Part shown: one piece after another, positions 31,180-33,893 of the stretch
Layout of the letters: each line of letters begins with the position of its first letter
How positions within the stretch are numbered: the first letter of the stretch is position 1
Origin: Guillardia theta CCMP2712
Lineage: Eukaryota; Protista; Cryptophyta
Direction: 5' to 3'
Assembly (NCBI RefSeq): GCF_000315625.1
Contig: NW_005434427.1
Location: 1-33,893 of the forward strand
DNA: 33,893 nt
Program-made: the position numbers and the translations under genes
Notes under the pieces: generated by a model
Told to the model about the DNA's origin: nothing
The model's input: only the letters and a program-made list of their open reading frames with translations
Databases searched by the model: none

Positions 31180-33627
31180 ATGCCACCTAGTGCGACCTTG
31201 AGCTGGCCACAGAGAAGTGGAGCGATGAAGAGGACAGGGAACCGGAAGCTCGGTAGATCGCTGTCGATCAAGGCCTTGGAGGATGAAGGGGGGCTACAGC
31301 AGCCGGAGTTCATCTCGAGGAAGTCAGGGGATTTCCCTGTCAGTCTTACCTGCTTGTCGGCAGTCGCCAACATGCAGGACAATGGGAAGTTTGGAGAGGC
31401 GCAGCAGGAGCTGGAGGACATCGTGTCAGGGTCGAAGAGCAGGAGGGAGATGGCGATGGCTTGCTTGCTTCTTGGGGAGCTGTTCAACCGATGGGGCTCA
31501 TGCTCGCAGAGCTACTCGATCGAGATCATGGCGAAGGGAGCTATGTACGCCAGCCGCGCTGTTCAGCTGTACAAGGAGGACGATTCGGACATGGACATTG
31601 AATTTCGCAAGTTCTCGTTGTACTGGAAGGCAATCAACTGCGCATCAGTGGCGAGTTTGGGCGGTTGCAACACGTGGTCGGCAGATGCTGCCATGCAGGA
31701 GGCCGAGATTGCGATGCAAGAGATGTCTCTGACGCGGATCAACAGCACTCCGAAGCAGGTCATGGAAGACGGAGGGTATCAGGATTTCGTTCATGGAATG
31801 CTCATATACTGCAAGGCCTTGGGTGTGGAAAGGGGATATTTCACTCTGAAGGACGGCAAAGATCTGAATAGTTTGTTGCTGGAGAGTCTGCAGATGTTCC
31901 AGGATTCTTATGAGAAGTTAATTGCTAGCTGCGGCGAGTTGAACAACCAAACGGTGAAGACTGTGACTATGATTTCTACGATGAACAAGATGCTGGGGAA
32001 TAAGGAAGAGGCAATAAGGTGGGCCGAGAAAGAAGTTCATTTGAGAAACAAGCTCCATGGGGACCTGAACGTTCGAACACAAATCGCCAAGAAGAAGCTG
32101 GAGGAAATGACGGGGATTCAGGAGGCAGACGAGGCTGAGGAGGAGGACGACCCTTCGTTGTATGGATCGTCCTTGATCGATCCATCGGAGATTGTGTGGA
32201 GTCTGAACCCGTTCGAACTCACGCGTGAGTACAAGATCAACTGCATCTTGCAGATGTTCAAGTGCAGCGGCCTCTCGGAGTTGTTCAACATACCCGAGGA
32301 TCGACTGCTTAGGTTCGTGCTCAAAGTTCGAAAGTCATACCATGAGGAGAACGCGTTTCACAACTGGAAGCATGCCTGGTCCGTCACTGTATGTGGATTT
32401 CTCATCATGCAGGAGATCGGAGCGGAGAAGTTCCTGCTTCCGACAGACAGACTAGCAATCCTGATCGCTTGCATTATCCACGACATCGATCATCCGGGAG
32501 TGAACAGCGACTTTTGATCAAGAGTTGCTCGCCCCTTGCCTTGCAGTATCCTGTGCTGAACGTGTTGGAGCACATGCACTGGTCGAGAGGGAAGGAGCTG
32601 TTGTCGGAGGGTTGCGACACGGACATCCTTGTAAATACTACAGCTGAGCAGAGAAAAGAGATCCTGGACCAGATCTACGAAGGGATCATGTCGACTGACA
32701 TGCAGAACCACAAGCAGATCGTGAAGGAGATGGAGGCGAGGGTGGAGGAGCAGGTGAAGAAGATCGAGAGTTGCGAGGTCATGCGAGGCTCCTGACGTTG
32801 CTGGTTTGCAGAAGAGCTACGACATCAACATCCCCCGCGATCGTGTGGAGCTTGTTCAGGCGATTGTACATTGTGCCGACCTCTCCGGTCAGACTCTGGA
32901 ACCGGAGGTGGCATATCAGTTCGGCAGAGGGTGCGAGGAGGAGGAGGGAGGAGGAAGGAAGGAGCTCTGACTGGGTGGTACAGGGTGATGGAGGAGTTTC
33001 ACATACAGTCGCAGAGGGAGAAGAATGAGAATCTCATGGAAACTCCCTTCATGAAGGGCCTGCACAAGCCGCTCGCTCAAGCCAAGGCTCAGCTTGGCTT
33101 CTTGCATTATGTGAGGCTCGAAACCCCTCCACCGCCTTCGTCTCGTCCTCTTCGCTTCCCTTCATCCTGCCTGTCCATCCTTGTCCTCCTCGTCTTCTCC
33201 TTCTTCCTCTCTCGTGCTCGATCTTGTCCTCTGAGTCTTCCTCTCCTCTACCTTCTCCCTCCTCTCATCGAAAAGCTCGTAGAGGAACCCTCTACCCGCC
33301 ATCCCTCATCCCCTTGCTGCTCCCACCCAGCCATCGCTTGTGTTGTGCTCCTCCTCTCACCATGTTCCTGACAGGTCGTGGGGCCACTGTGGAAGAGCCT
33401 TGCCATCATCTTCCCTCAGCTGTCGCTCCGTAGCGAGCGGATCGAGGAGAGGTGCAGGTGAGAGTGAGAGAGGGAGGAGGAGGAGGGGGAGGGGGAGGGA
33501 GAGGAGTGGGGAGCAGAGCAACGGGTGCTGACGGAGAGACAGTGAGATCGACTTCGAGAAACTCGACGTGTGGAAGGGGAAGCACGAGGGGCTGCAAAAC
33601 ATGCACGTGGAGGACCTCTTCGACTAG
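31180..33627 (+). CDS. Class I 3',5'-cyclic nucleotide phosphodiesterase (PDEase_I/HD domain) with N-terminal TPR-like helical region; 1-nt frameshift at ~32515
   Basis: YHEENAFHNWKHAWSV; ACIIHDIDHPGVNSDF/LIK; VLEHMHW; IMSTDMQNH; IVHCADLSGQ; VMEEFHIQSQREK; AQLGFLHYVVGPLWKSL. Stop TAG at 33625-33627. The start is uncertain because the ORF is open from 31084. Confidence 0.93.
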
Positions 33628-33893
33628 AAGAGGAGGAGGAGGAGGAGGAGGAGGAGGAGGATGTAGTAACAGGGTCACTACCAGACTCTGCGTGATCGGC
33701 TGTGGTCGTTACAACCTCCTGCTTGGATGAGCGTAGAAGATTAAGTAAGAAGAGCGGAAGCAGTCAAACTGAAATTGATTCAGGATTACGCGTTCACTAG
33801 TCGTCCACCCCCTCCTCCTTTCCCTTCTCCTCCTCCTCTTGCTCCTACTCGCGGTCTACCACCTCCTCACTGCCGTCTGTCCAGCTCCGTGTT

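Overview
This is eukaryotic nuclear DNA with dense short (~45-55 nt) GT-AG introns, purine/pyrimidine microsatellite-filled introns and three N gaps. The style strongly suggests a cryptophyte such as Guillardia theta (inference, not verified). Hand-spliced genes: a ZU5-domain protein (runs off the left edge), a CELF/Bruno 3-RRM RNA-binding protein, a GH36 Sip1/raffinose-synthase-family alpha-galactosidase with a bipartite-like presequence, a 3-TM hypothetical protein, a RanBP2-type zinc-finger protein, a 77-aa single-TM microprotein absent from the ORF track, a secreted Sib-like/Ig-like/LysM protein, a TPR-like + class I cyclic nucleotide phosphodiesterase, and three poorly resolved hypothetical genes. 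Two genes carry 1-nt frameshifts. The most striking non-coding features are a recurring intergenic architecture (CCGG/GGCC-palindrome-rich GC islands with TGA[C/G]TCA motifs upstream of genes, plus strand-polarised TACCC/GGGTA blocks with ~50-bp phasing) and a 113-bp dispersed repeat present twice. No prokaryotic features, CRISPR arrays, rRNA or tRNA were recognised.
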